Made by a program: the position numbers and the translations under genes
Source: an uncultured Acidobacteriota bacterium
GTDB lineage: Bacteria; Acidobacteriota; Thermoanaerobaculia; UBA5066; Gp7-AA6
Reading direction: 5' to 3'
Length of the DNA: 64,000 bases
Assembly: GCA_963815655.1 (NCBI GenBank)
Contig: CAWFHK010000001.1
Coordinates: 1,997,813-2,061,812, forward strand
The notes under the pieces: model-generated
What the model saw: the letters and a program-made list of their open reading frames with translations, nothing else
Databases searched by the model: none
Told to the model about the DNA's origin: nothing
Shown: positions 36,243-45,579 of the stretch, piece by piece
Numbering within the stretch: the stretch's first letter is position 1
Layout of the letters: each line of letters opens with the position of its first letter

Positions 36243-37499
36243 TCAAGTGCCGGCGGCGGAGCGCCCGGCCGGCATCTCCTCGACGGGATCCTCGTCGGCG
36301 ACGCTCCAGACGTGTCTCGGCCGCAGGAGCCCGACAGCGTAGTCCGGCGCGACGAACTTGAAGCCGGGCTTGACGATCTTCAGGTCGTGCAGATGAAGCG
36401 CGCTCTCGTCGCCGAGAAAGGCGTAGAGGCGGAACTCTCCCTGGACGATCGGCAGCTCCGGAAAGACGAGCCGCAGCCGGTAACGGCGGCGCCCCGTGAG
36501 CGGAGCCCACGGCTCTCCCCGCGTGTCCACGGCGAAGGCCTGGACGCCGTCTTCCCGGTCGGCGCCCACCCGAAGCTGGAAGGCGAGGCCGGGATCCTCC
36601 GTCTCGAACAGGAGGTCCACGGCGACCGTTTCTCCGGCGGCGAACTCCGAGCGCGGATACCCCGACCCGTCGTGCACCAGGACCTCCGTGAAATGCGCCG
36701 GACGCCTTCCATTGGTCCCCGCGGCGGCGTCGGACGGCCGCTCGGCGTCGGGACTCCGGAGACGCTCCTTCTCCTGGAGGAACTCCTCGTAGGCCCGGAC
36801 CACCGTGAGCGAGGAACCGGCCGCGGCCACGAGACCCTGTTTCAGCCAGATCGCCTGCTCGCAGAGCAGCGCGACGTAGTAGAGCGCATGGGAGCAGAAG
36901 AGGAGCGTGCCGCCGCGCTTCTGGAATTCGGTGATCCGGTCGATGGACTTTTTCTGGAAGTAGCCGTCGCCCACGGCGAGCGCCTCATCCACGATCAGGA
37001 CGTCGGCCTGGGCGTGCGTCGCCACCGCGAAGGCGAGGCGGAGGGACATCCCGGAGGAGTAGGTCCGGACCGGCCGGTCGAAGAAGTCTCCGAGCTCCGC
37101 GAAATCGCGGATCTCCGGCAGTCGCTGGCGGATCTCCGGGCCCGTCAGCCCGAGCAGCGCGGCGTTCATGCGCGCGTTCTCCCTCCCCGTGAACTCGGGA
37201 TGAAAGCCCATGCCGAGTTCGAGGATCGAGGCCACGACGCCGCGCCGCACAATGGATCCGGAGGTCGCCTGCGTCGTGCCGGCCACGATCTTGAGCAGCG
37301 TGGATTTCCCCGCACCGTTTTCCCCGATGAGCCCGAGGGCGCGTCCCCGCGGGAGCTCGAAGGACACATCCGTCAGGGCCGCGAATCCCCGGTGCCGCGG
37401 GCGCCGGAGGAGCAGCTCTTTCAACCGGTCCGAAGGGGAATCATAGAGTCTGTACGTCTTGCAGACCTTGTCGGCTTTGACGGCGATCTCCGAGCTCAT
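36243..37499 (-). CDS. wzt: ABC transporter ATP-binding protein Wzt/TagH-type with a C-terminal carbohydrate-binding extension
   Basis: Walker A GENGAGKST, signature SSGMSLRL, Walker B VLIVDEAL; a ~170-aa C-terminal beta-rich domain follows the NBD. Confidence 0.85.
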   Translation of the reverse strand: MSSEIAVKADKVCKTYRLYDSPSDRLKELLLRRPRHRGFAALTDVSFELPRGRALGLIGENGAGKSTLLKIVAGTTQATSGSIVRRGVVASILELGMGFHPEFTGRENARMNAALLGLTGPEIRQRLPEIRDFAELGDFFDRPVRTYSSGMSLRLAFAVATHAQADVLIVDEALAVGDGYFQKKSIDRITEFQKRGGTLLFCSHALYYVALLCEQAIWLKQGLVAAAGSSLTVVRAYEEFLQEKERLRSPDAERPSDAAAGTNGRRPAHFTEVLVHDGSGYPRSEFAAGETVAVDLLFETEDPGLAFQLRVGADREDGVQAFAVDTRGEPWAPLTGRRRYRLRLVFPELPIVQGEFRLYAFLGDESALHLHDLKIVKPGFKFVAPDYAVGLLRPRHVWSVADEDPVEEMPAGRSAAGT

Positions 37500-37533
37500 C
37501 TCTCGCTCATGGTCCGGCGCTTCACCTGATGCA

Positions 37534-37611
37534 CAGGTGGTGGGTGGAAGGTGGCAGGTGGTTGGGACCGGAGGCCTTCCCTAACACCTACCACCTGACA
37601 CCTACCACCTG
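37534..37611. repeat. Long imperfect hairpin of GGTGG units (GGTGG-family, copy 2)
   Basis: caggtggtgggtggaaggtggcaggtggttggg ... taacacctaccacctgacacctaccacctg, sitting between the radical-SAM stop and the wzt start. Confidence 0.65.
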
Positions 37612-37612
37612 T

Positions 37613-38722
37613 TCAATCCCCGAGGGCGAACTCGCAGCGGCGGCAGAGAAAATCGGCGGGGGCGTCCTCGACCCCGTAGGTCCAGCGGCGCAGCCGCGCC
37701 ATGACGTCGCCCCCGAGAATTTCCGCCACGGTCTGCGTCTTCAGGTCGCCCACGACGAGCCGCTCGTAGTAGTCCTGGCAGCAGAGCACCGCCTTCGCGG
37801 TCGCGGTCACGTGCAGGTGCTCGAAGGGCCTCGAGCCCATCAGCTCGCAGCCCCGGAGGTTCTTCTTCGCGGGAGGCTCGGGCACGAACGTGCCGCTCGC
37901 CGGGCGGCTGCGAATCCGGAACGGCTTCACCTGCCATCCCATCGGCTCGAACCTCTCCCGGATCCGGACGACGTCCCGAAGGTGATCCTCGTCCTCCTCG
38001 CCCAGGACGACGATGACCGTCTCCTCAGCGAGCGCGCCGCTCCGCATCGCGTCGATGTTCGCGATCACCCGCGCGAGATCCCTCGTGCCGTGGAGCTTCT
38101 GATAGCGCTCCGGGTCGAGCGTGGGCAGGTTGATTCCGATGTAGCGGAAGCGGCCCGCCTCCTCGAGGCGCCGGGCCCGCTCCGGCGTGAAGTGCGACGC
38201 GTTCGTCAGGATCGAGACGGCGAGCCCGCGGCGGAAAAGCGCGAGGCATCTCTCCTCGAAGAGCGGATCGATCGTCGGCTCGTTGTAGTTGGAGAGGAAG
38301 ACGACGACCCCCTTGCCGCCCGCCGCGACGGTCTGGTCGACGATCGACTCGAAGAGCTCCTGGCTCATGACCTCCTTCTCCCGCGGATCCACCGAGACCG
38401 GACAGAAGGGACACCGGTGATTGCACGCGGTGCAGGTCTCGAGCGAGAGAAAGAGCAGGTGCGAGCGGCGCGTCTCCGAGTCCAGGTCGTCGATCAGAAA
38501 ACGGGCCGCCCGCAGGTGCTCGACCGCGGCGGACCCCGCCTCGACGGACAGGCCCTTCTCGATCCGCGAGAGGGCCCGGTATTCCTCCCCGTCCTTGGGG
38601 ATCGAGACGCCGGTCGCCGGGTTGTAGAGGACCCTTCCCCGGTTGTGCAGATACGGGGAAACCATCTCCGGTTCCACGACGGCGGAGGCGCCTCGGGAGG
38701 CGGGAGACGGGCGTTCGCTCAT
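37613..38722 (-). CDS. Radical SAM/SPASM-domain maturase with an N-terminal PqqD-like RiPP-recognition element
   Basis: N-terminal ~90 aa (YLHNRGRVLYNPATGVSIPKDGEEYRALSRIEKGLSVEA...) is PqqD/RRE-like; CTACNHRCPFC (CxxxCxxC) radical-SAM cluster; C-terminal Cys-rich SPASM region (CCQDYY...CRRCEFA). Confidence 0.75.
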   Translation of the reverse strand: MSERPSPASRGASAVVEPEMVSPYLHNRGRVLYNPATGVSIPKDGEEYRALSRIEKGLSVEAGSAAVEHLRAARFLIDDLDSETRRSHLLFLSLETCTACNHRCPFCPVSVDPREKEVMSQELFESIVDQTVAAGGKGVVVFLSNYNEPTIDPLFEERCLALFRRGLAVSILTNASHFTPERARRLEEAGRFRYIGINLPTLDPERYQKLHGTRDLARVIANIDAMRSGALAEETVIVVLGEEDEDHLRDVVRIRERFEPMGWQVKPFRIRSRPASGTFVPEPPAKKNLRGCELMGSRPFEHLHVTATAKAVLCCQDYYERLVVGDLKTQTVAEILGGDVMARLRRWTYGVEDAPADFLCRRCEFALGD

Positions 38723-38813
38723 GAGAAAGGCGGTCTCATCACTCTGACTAACCGGGCCATTCTAGCGCCTGTTTCTACGGACACGGGGCTGCGAACGTCG
38801 GTCTCCACGCGCC

Positions 38814-38845
38814 CGCAAACAAAAGGCCCCGGCCGAGCCGGGGCC
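38814..38845 (-). terminator. Intrinsic terminator of the giant adhesin gene (GGCCCCGGC-UCG-GCCGGGGCC + UUUUGUUUG)
   Basis: Perfect 9-bp GC stem plus a U-tract on the minus transcript, 25 nt after the adhesin stop. Confidence 0.7.
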
Positions 38846-38869
38846 TTTCCCTTCATGGCGAAGTCGGGT

Positions 38870-41800
38870 TCAGTTCTGGGGGAGCGCCTGGATGAAGTTC
38901 GTGTCGAGCGTCACCTTGTCCACGGTGAACGCGTAGGCGCCCACCCGTCCCCCACTCAACTGTTCGAACCGGATCGAGACCGGCTTGCCCGGGTTGGTGA
39001 AGTGCATGTTCGGATCGGTGAGGGAGATCTGTCCATAGCGCGGACTCGTTCCGCCGAGCTCGAACCCGACCGAACCGACCTCCGACCCGTCCGGCGCGAC
39101 CGCGACGATCCGTCCGGTGACGTGACCCGGGTCCAGGGCGAAGACGCCGATGCGGGAGGAATAGCGGACGCTCTCCTCGACGCCCGTCAGGAAGAGGTCC
39201 TTGGAGGCTCCGCCCGCCTGGGCTCCAGTGTAGACGGCGAGCTGGGACCCCGCGGTGCCGGCCGGCTCGTCGTCGTAGTTTCGAGATCCGATGACGAGCG
39301 GGCGCGTCGCCGACTCGTCGTCCTGGGGATAGAAGATGCGGAGGATCCCCGCGTTGCTTCCGGAGAGGTCCACTCTCGTGTCCCTCGACATCAGCGCGGA
39401 GACGACATCGTCGTAATTGAGCAGCTGGCCGGCCGCGACCGGGAGATTGGCGACCTCGGCCACATGCTCCGTGACGCCGTCGGAGGTGTAGGAGTACTGG
39501 AAGGAGAGATTCCGGGACCTCGAACCGCGGTTGAAGATTCGCAGGTCGGTGCGCCAGTGGGCTCCGTACGTCGTGTCGTAACGGGAGACGCCCGCCACCC
39601 AGTAGGAAATGACCCCGTCTTCGGCGGCCGGGGCCTGGCTGTCGTCGCTGATCTGGACGAGGTCGAGGGTCTTCCTGTCGAGCGCCGTGCCGAAGGCGAG
39701 CAGCGTTCCCTTCGTGGAAGTCGCCGTCAACACGTAGTGCTTGCCGTCGTCCAGTCCGAGATCGCCGTCCCTCAGGTAAACCTGCTGATAGGGCCCGAGA
39801 TTGTTGAACTTCCGGGAGGCGACCCGGCTGCCGGCGGCGTCCAGAATCAGGACTTGAGCGCCCTGATCATCGGTGGCCTTGAGCTCGAAGTTGCCCTGGG
39901 AAGCGCCGGCGTTGAAGAGAGTGACGACGAACCGGTATCTCGGATCGGACCGGAGGCCGATCAGGTACTGGTCCCCCGACGGGGGCGGCAGCACCGGCGT
40001 GGTGGTGAACGTGGCCATGACCGACGCGTCGGCCGACATCGTCAGGGAGCAGGTGCCGGTACCGGAGCACGCCCCGGTCCACCCCGAGAAGTTCGAGCCG
40101 GCGTCGGGCGCGGCGCTCAGCGTCACGCCCGTCCCTTCGGGAAAAGCCGCGCTGCAGGCCGCCCCGCAACTGATGCCGGACGGAGCGCTCGAGACAGTCC
40201 CCGAGCCGGCTCCGCCCTTCGAAACCGTCAACGTGTGGTTGGTCGGACCAGGTGTCGGTGTGGGTGACGGGCCCGAGCTGTCGAAGCGCGCCGTCACGCT
40301 CTTGCTGGTGCTCATCGACATCGTGCACGTTCCGAGAAGATAGGCGTCGCAGCCGGTGATTCCTTTGAAGAGCGATCCGGACGCGGCCGATCCATACAAC
40401 TGAACAGAGGTGCCGTCCGGAAAGGTCGCCGTGCAAGTGGATGGGCAATTGATCCCGGCCGGGTTGCTGGTGACCGTTCCGTTTCCGGTCCCCACCGGAT
40501 CGAAGCTGACGGAGAGGGCGACGTCGGTTGCCTCCGCTTCGGACTCGGTCCCGAGCCCGCTCGAGAGACCCGAAAGCACCGTCGAGACGAACCCCTGCGG
40601 CGAAACGCCTCCACTGCCGTCCACCGCGTAGACGGGGATCCCCGACCCGTAGGAGACGTTGCCCGGGTTGACCTTGGGCCGGAAATACACCCTCGCGGTG
40701 ACGAGGGGCGCCCGCGTGCCCGGCGTGTACCGGATGACGACGGTCCCCTTGTTGTTGCCGCCGCTCAAGGCGGCCACCACGTCGCTGATCGAAAAAGAAC
40801 CGCCGGGCGGAAGCGCCACCGGGGTGCCATAGTTCAACTGGGTCAGGTCCAGCGACGGCGGCGCGACGGCGTCCGGCACCAGAGGTACGAAGGCCAGGCC
40901 GACGTTCATCGAAGCGGTCCCACCGTTGGTGATCGAGATGTCGGTGCCCCAGGTCGTGGTCCCGTCGTCCAAGTGCGCGGCGCCCGGGACGATCACGGCC
41001 CGGAAGCTCGGCGGCGTGATGGCCATGGCGATGTCCACGTTGGCCGTGCCCACCGTGTTCGTGCCGTCGCCCGTCACGGTCAGGCGCACCGTGCGCGCTC
41101 CCGCGGAGCTGTAGGTCTTGGTGACCGTCCTGCCCGCCTTCGTCTCATCTGTGAAGTCCCAGGCAAAGGCCGACGCCTGGGTCGCGCCGGCCGTGAACGT
41201 GATCGCCCGGCCGGCTTCCGCCGTGTAGGCGTTGGTTCCTGTCTGCGTGGCGCCCGTGACGGTGTAGGCGGTCGAAGGGGGAGGCGGCCCCGTGATGGCC
41301 ATCGGGATCGTGACCGACGTCGCGCCAGACGTGTTCGACTCGTCTCCCGCGATCGTCAGGTGCACCGCGTACGAGCCCGCGGCCACATATGTCTTGACAA
41401 AAGACCGGGTGGTGGCGAACGTCCCGTCCTTAAAATCCCAGGCATAACTGCCGGCGTGGGTCTCGCTCGCCGTGAAGGTGATCGGAGAACCGTTGCCCGC
41501 GGTATACCCCCCGCTGAGATTCCCGCTCACGGTGGGTCCGGAAACCGTGTAAGCCGCCGATGGCGCCGGCAGGCCCACGATCGTGACGGAGGTGAAGTTC
41601 ACGGCGGACGCTCCGGTCGACACGTCCGTGGCCCTGGCCGCGACGGTATAGACGCCGGCGGCCGCGTAGGTGCAGGTCGTCGCGGAGCCTCCGGGGCTGA
41701 ACGTCGGAGCGATCGCGACGTAGGAGCAGTTCCAGCCGTAGGAGTACGAGCCGCTGCCGCCGCTGGCGCTCGCGGAAAACAAGAGCGCGACGCTCCTCGA

Positions 41801-43492
41801 GCCCGACGAGGGACCCGACACCGAAACCGTCAGCGAGCCGCCGGGGGGCGGAGTCGCGGTCGGGACGGGAGTCGGAACGGGAGTCGGAGACGAAGAAGAG
41901 ATGACGACCGGACTGGAGCTCGAGATCGTGCCGACGGTGACCTTGACCGTGCAGCTCGACAAGCAAACCGCGCCCGGAGTCCAACTCAGCGGGCCGGCGC
42001 CGGTCGTCGGTGAACCCGGCAGCTCCACGTCGCCCGAGCTGTTGTTGAAATAGAAGTGCGCCGAGGGAGGAGCGGCCGCCTCCGTGTCCTTCAGGTAATA
42101 GGCCGTGCCGGCGTTGAGCTGGAAGGCGCCTCCGCCGAAGAATGCCGGCACCGTCGCGGCCGGATCGGTGAAGATGCCCAGGACCGGCGTCGAGTCCACG
42201 ATCGTGACCGATCCCGTGGCGGTCGCCCGGTAGCCCCCCGGGAAGGCGATCGTCAGCGTGAATCCCGTCGCGCCGGACGGCACGGGAACGATCTTTCCGG
42301 AGACGTCGATCGGGGAAGACCCCGTGAAGTGCCAGTCGAACGAGGCCTCCGGGAGATTCCCCTTCGAGGGACTCGCGTCCGCGTTGCCGCCCCTGACGAC
42401 CGTCAGCGTGCCGCCGCTCTTGTCGCACGTGCCGCTGAAACCGGCGTAACCCGCGATGCCGACCTGCGGACAGACCACCGGGTACGACGCGGAGACGAAC
42501 GGCGAAGCGGACACGCTGCTCTGCATGGCAAAGCGGTAGGACCCGGCGGAAGGCGGATTCGTCAATCCGAGGCTCTGCATGCAGAGGTCTCCGGAGCGAA
42601 ACGTCCCTTGCTGGGAGGCGGCCGGGTCGCAGGGGAAGTAGCCGGTCACCGTCCCCTCGTTGTCCGGGGAGCCGGGAGTCCCCCCCTCATCCGACAGGAA
42701 AGAACCGCCGTAGACAAAGTCCCAGTCGGTCCGGGTGGGACTCGGATTCGATGTGTCCTGGAGCTGCCACTTGTCGCCGTAGTAATTCACCGAGTCCCCG
42801 CGCAGCAGCGAGGACTGGTTCGTCGCCTTGACGCCGGGCCCCGGCGTCGGAGTCGGGGTCGGCGTCGGCGTGAAAACGGCCGTCGGTGTCGACGTCGGCG
42901 TCGCCGTGACGCTCCCCCCCGAGACGGTCCAGTTGAAGTTCCTGGGGGGAGTATCCACCGGCCGGATCGTCCAGGTCCTGCCGAGGGGATCGGTCGTCTG
43001 GGTCGAATCGGGAATCTCACCCAGATCGCCCTTGTAGTCCCACGTCCCGAGACCGAAGGTGAACCGGGAGTGCCCGTCGTCCCGGAGCCCGCCGCAGCCA
43101 TGGGTCTGAGCAATACATTGACCCGAGACCATTCGAACCAACGCGAGGGTTCCCGAGGCGGAGACGTTCGAGATCGAGTTGCAGTCCGCGAGGACAATGA
43201 TGCCGGTGTCGGAGGGAGGAAAGCCTCCGACGCATTTGGAGACCGCCTGGATATGCCCGCCTGTGAGCGCGGTGGTGTCGAGCCAGAAGAACCCGTACTC
43301 CGTCTGCTGGAGAACGTACTGCCCGACGTAGATCGCCGAGACTCCCGTTATCCCGACGATCCCGCCGGCCGAGACCGGGACCGTCTGAGCCGACAGGAGT
43401 GTCGGCAAAAAGAACAACAGGAGGGCGACCGGCCTCCCCAGCGCGCGGAACGCGCTCAGCGATCGAGAACTTGGAAAGAGGTTCATGGGCAA
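38870..43492 (-). CDS. Giant (1540 aa) secreted multi-domain surface protein: PKD domains, Pro/Thr-rich linkers, Ig-like/InlB-B-type repeats
   Basis: Signal peptide MPMNLFPSSRSLSAFRALGRPVALLLFFLPTLLSAQT; PKD motifs (SYAWDFKDGT, AFAWDFTDET); TPTSTPTAVFTPTPTPTPTPGPG linkers; repeated GTGTCS...SGWTGACSG modules. GGAGG Shine-Dalgarno upstream. Confidence 0.8.
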   Translation of the reverse strand: MPMNLFPSSRSLSAFRALGRPVALLLFFLPTLLSAQTVPVSAGGIVGITGVSAIYVGQYVLQQTEYGFFWLDTTALTGGHIQAVSKCVGGFPPSDTGIIVLADCNSISNVSASGTLALVRMVSGQCIAQTHGCGGLRDDGHSRFTFGLGTWDYKGDLGEIPDSTQTTDPLGRTWTIRPVDTPPRNFNWTVSGGSVTATPTSTPTAVFTPTPTPTPTPGPGVKATNQSSLLRGDSVNYYGDKWQLQDTSNPSPTRTDWDFVYGGSFLSDEGGTPGSPDNEGTVTGYFPCDPAASQQGTFRSGDLCMQSLGLTNPPSAGSYRFAMQSSVSASPFVSASYPVVCPQVGIAGYAGFSGTCDKSGGTLTVVRGGNADASPSKGNLPEASFDWHFTGSSPIDVSGKIVPVPSGATGFTLTIAFPGGYRATATGSVTIVDSTPVLGIFTDPAATVPAFFGGGAFQLNAGTAYYLKDTEAAAPPSAHFYFNNSSGDVELPGSPTTGAGPLSWTPGAVCLSSCTVKVTVGTISSSSPVVISSSSPTPVPTPVPTATPPPGGSLTVSVSGPSSGSRSVALLFSASASGGSGSYSYGWNCSYVAIAPTFSPGGSATTCTYAAAGVYTVAARATDVSTGASAVNFTSVTIVGLPAPSAAYTVSGPTVSGNLSGGYTAGNGSPITFTASETHAGSYAWDFKDGTFATTRSFVKTYVAAGSYAVHLTIAGDESNTSGATSVTIPMAITGPPPPSTAYTVTGATQTGTNAYTAEAGRAITFTAGATQASAFAWDFTDETKAGRTVTKTYSSAGARTVRLTVTGDGTNTVGTANVDIAMAITPPSFRAVIVPGAAHLDDGTTTWGTDISITNGGTASMNVGLAFVPLVPDAVAPPSLDLTQLNYGTPVALPPGGSFSISDVVAALSGGNNKGTVVIRYTPGTRAPLVTARVYFRPKVNPGNVSYGSGIPVYAVDGSGGVSPQGFVSTVLSGLSSGLGTESEAEATDVALSVSFDPVGTGNGTVTSNPAGINCPSTCTATFPDGTSVQLYGSAASGSLFKGITGCDAYLLGTCTMSMSTSKSVTARFDSSGPSPTPTPGPTNHTLTVSKGGAGSGTVSSAPSGISCGAACSAAFPEGTGVTLSAAPDAGSNFSGWTGACSGTGTCSLTMSADASVMATFTTTPVLPPPSGDQYLIGLRSDPRYRFVVTLFNAGASQGNFELKATDDQGAQVLILDAAGSRVASRKFNNLGPYQQVYLRDGDLGLDDGKHYVLTATSTKGTLLAFGTALDRKTLDLVQISDDSQAPAAEDGVISYWVAGVSRYDTTYGAHWRTDLRIFNRGSRSRNLSFQYSYTSDGVTEHVAEVANLPVAAGQLLNYDDVVSALMSRDTRVDLSGSNAGILRIFYPQDDESATRPLVIGSRNYDDEPAGTAGSQLAVYTGAQAGGASKDLFLTGVEESVRYSSRIGVFALDPGHVTGRIVAVAPDGSEVGSVGFELGGTSPRYGQISLTDPNMHFTNPGKPVSIRFEQLSGGRVGAYAFTVDKVTLDTNFIQALPQN

Positions 43493-43674
43493 GGATTCCT
43501 CCTGGGGCTGCCCTGACGGGCACGTTGGTTTCTTTGGATGTTGGCTTCGAAGCCGGATTTCAGATTCCTAGCCTTGGTCGATGTCATGAGAACTGGGGAT
43601 CTGAGATCAGGCTTGGCTGGGGTCAGCTTTTCCTCTGTTTGCGCCTTGGCTGGGGCGAGAAGGCCTTCCGACCG

Positions 43675-43717
43675 ACGAGAAAAGAAGAGTGGGCGGGACT
43701 CTTCGTCCCGCCCACTC
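43675..43717 (-). terminator. Intrinsic terminator (GAGUGGGCGGGAC-loop-GUCCCGCCCACUC + UCUUCUUUUCU)
   Basis: 13-bp stem with a U-rich tail 3' of the 43729 stop on the minus transcript. Confidence 0.65.
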
Positions 43718-43728
43718 GAGGGAAACGA

Positions 43729-45330
43729 CTATGGCTGTGCCGGACCGGTGCCGACGAGCAGCGGAATCACGGGGACCGAATTCGTCACGCCCAGCGCGGC
43801 GGGATTCGGGCCGTAGCAGTTCGGAGGCCCTCCTGCGTTGAAGCACGGCACGTTGAGCGGCTGACAGTTCGTCGGATCGAGCTGGGCCGCCGGCACGCCG
43901 GCCGACAGGAACGCGGCAGCACCCGCGAAGTCGTACGTCACGTACGCCTGATCGAGGACACCACCGAAGGGACCACCCGTGTTGAAGAACTCCATGCTGA
44001 CCCAGCCAGCGGGCCAGGCCGGATGCGGGAAGCCCACGATCGATGTGCGCTGGGTCTCCAGCGGGAAGTTGAACGTCGGAGGCGTTCCGCACGGCGAAAC
44101 CGTGCAGCCCACGCTGACCGTGTTCTCATCTTCGTCGTAGAAGGCCAGAGCCACCTCGGTTTCCGAGGTGTTGCACTTGCCCGGGGTGTACCCGAGGAGA
44201 TCCTCGCGGCCGGTGGAGATACTGTCGGCTCCGGCCGAACCGCGCCACACGTTGAAGTAGGAGGTCGTCGCGCTGGCAGCGGCTCCCGGAGGCGGGGTCG
44301 TGCCGTCGAACCAACGCGCAGCGTACTTCAGGCCCAAGGGCTCACGCTGGTCGCCGCCGCCGCAATCGAACGCGGGCGGAGCGATGAAGCCGCCGCCGGT
44401 CGGGTTGAAGCAGCCGGGCCCATCGATTGCGTGCACGTAACGGCGGTAGAAGGTACGCCGTCCGGGGACGCTGGTGGTATTCGCGGAGGACAGAGCCGTA
44501 TAGTCAAACAGGGAAGGATCCGCCTCGATCGCGACGGCGGGGAACCCGCGAGTGCCGACGCCCGCGCCCGAGGTGTAGATGTAGTCGCCGAACAGGTTGT
44601 TCTCCATTCCGATCGCGTCGTTGGTGTAGTAGGCCGCGTCGTTCGGATTGGAGAGCGTGCAGTAGTTGGCGTGGTCGATCGTGATGTACCCGTGGATCGG
44701 GTTGGTGATCACGCCGTCCACGTCGCCGCACGTGAAGGTGTCCTTGGTCGTATCCAGCGAGTCGAGGACCTGGAACAGGAATGCGGCCGAGAAGGGTCCA
44801 GGCGGATACGACACGGTCGCGGAATTGTTGTCGAAGCTCGAGTTGGCCGGGAACTGAGGTCTGGCGCGCAGGTAACCGCCCGCCGCCGGATAGACCGGGG
44901 CGCTGGGGTTGCGCTGGCAGACATCGCCGTTGATCGTCACCTGGTTGGAGTCCTTGACCTCGGACACGTGATTCTGGTTGATCGGCGTGACCGGGAGGAA
45001 GCCCCGCAGCACCTGCGCCACCGAGAACGACTGGATGTCGAACCCGGTCAACGCGATGTTGAAGTCGAGGACCAGCTCGGTCCTCTCGTTCCACACGGAG
45101 ACGTGGGCGAGCATCGGCGCCGAGGAAGCGTTCCCGATCGTCACCAGCGTGTCGAGTGCCGTCGCGCCGGTGTTCAGGACCGTTCCATCCGCGTTGTAGG
45201 TCGCCTGGAAATAGGGAATGAGCAGCGTCGCAGCAGGACGCTGATCAATGGTACACGTGATGGCGCCCGCGCCGCTCGCGATCGCGAGCAAGGCGACGAC
45301 CGCCATACACGTCAGGAAGGTTTTCTTCAT
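43729..45330 (-). CDS. Exported Cys-rich hypothetical protein (533 aa)
   Basis: Signal peptide MKKTFLTCMAVVALLAIASGAGA; GGAGA Shine-Dalgarno; no recognisable catalytic domain; many paired Cys residues. Confidence 0.65.
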   Translation of the reverse strand: MKKTFLTCMAVVALLAIASGAGAITCTIDQRPAATLLIPYFQATYNADGTVLNTGATALDTLVTIGNASSAPMLAHVSVWNERTELVLDFNIALTGFDIQSFSVAQVLRGFLPVTPINQNHVSEVKDSNQVTINGDVCQRNPSAPVYPAAGGYLRARPQFPANSSFDNNSATVSYPPGPFSAAFLFQVLDSLDTTKDTFTCGDVDGVITNPIHGYITIDHANYCTLSNPNDAAYYTNDAIGMENNLFGDYIYTSGAGVGTRGFPAVAIEADPSLFDYTALSSANTTSVPGRRTFYRRYVHAIDGPGCFNPTGGGFIAPPAFDCGGGDQREPLGLKYAARWFDGTTPPPGAAASATTSYFNVWRGSAGADSISTGREDLLGYTPGKCNTSETEVALAFYDEDENTVSVGCTVSPCGTPPTFNFPLETQRTSIVGFPHPAWPAGWVSMEFFNTGGPFGGVLDQAYVTYDFAGAAAFLSAGVPAAQLDPTNCQPLNVPCFNAGGPPNCYGPNPAALGVTNSVPVIPLLVGTGPAQP

Positions 45331-45579
45331 TGAGATCTCCTCGTTACTGTTAACTGCGAAAAAACACGCTTGAGTTCCTTCCCCTCGCGCGATCCCATCA
45401 CCTCCCATATCTCAATTTTTTTCAGACCCTTGAAGTCCTTGATTAACGATACCGGAAGTCTTCGATCCTCCGTAGGTTTAGAGGCATCTTCGGACCTTCG
45501 GAAGCGGCTGTCAAGGGGAAAGTGTGAAAAATATGCTCCGAAATCATGGGGCTGGGGGTAAGTGGCCTGTCATCAGCCA

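Noticed and set aside
34027-36510. N-terminal 168 aa of the 827-aa ORF (would fuse the MT-GT gene to the 3' end of wzt)
   Set aside because: The region upstream of ATG 36006 / GTG 36081 overlaps the wzt stop (36243) in frame only as a low-complexity Arg-rich string. The real start is at 36006 or 36081, the latter with a GGAGG.
38723-38869. 46-codon ORF as a confident radical-SAM precursor peptide
   Set aside because: It has a single Cys, no Shine-Dalgarno motif, and overlaps the adhesin terminator hairpin. It is kept only as a low-confidence note within the maturase finding.
37529-40267. 912-aa plus ORF, and the 40973..42013, 42056..43516 and 43399..45333 plus ORFs
   Set aside because: All are antisense to the giant adhesin or Cys-rich exoprotein genes; translations are Arg/Gly/Asp-rich without domains.
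45334-45579. Sigma-70 promoter call in the AT-rich spacer upstream of the Cys-rich exoprotein gene
   Set aside because: Several weak TTGAnn/TAnnnT candidates but none with convincing spacing. Noted only as the likely promoter region, not annotated.
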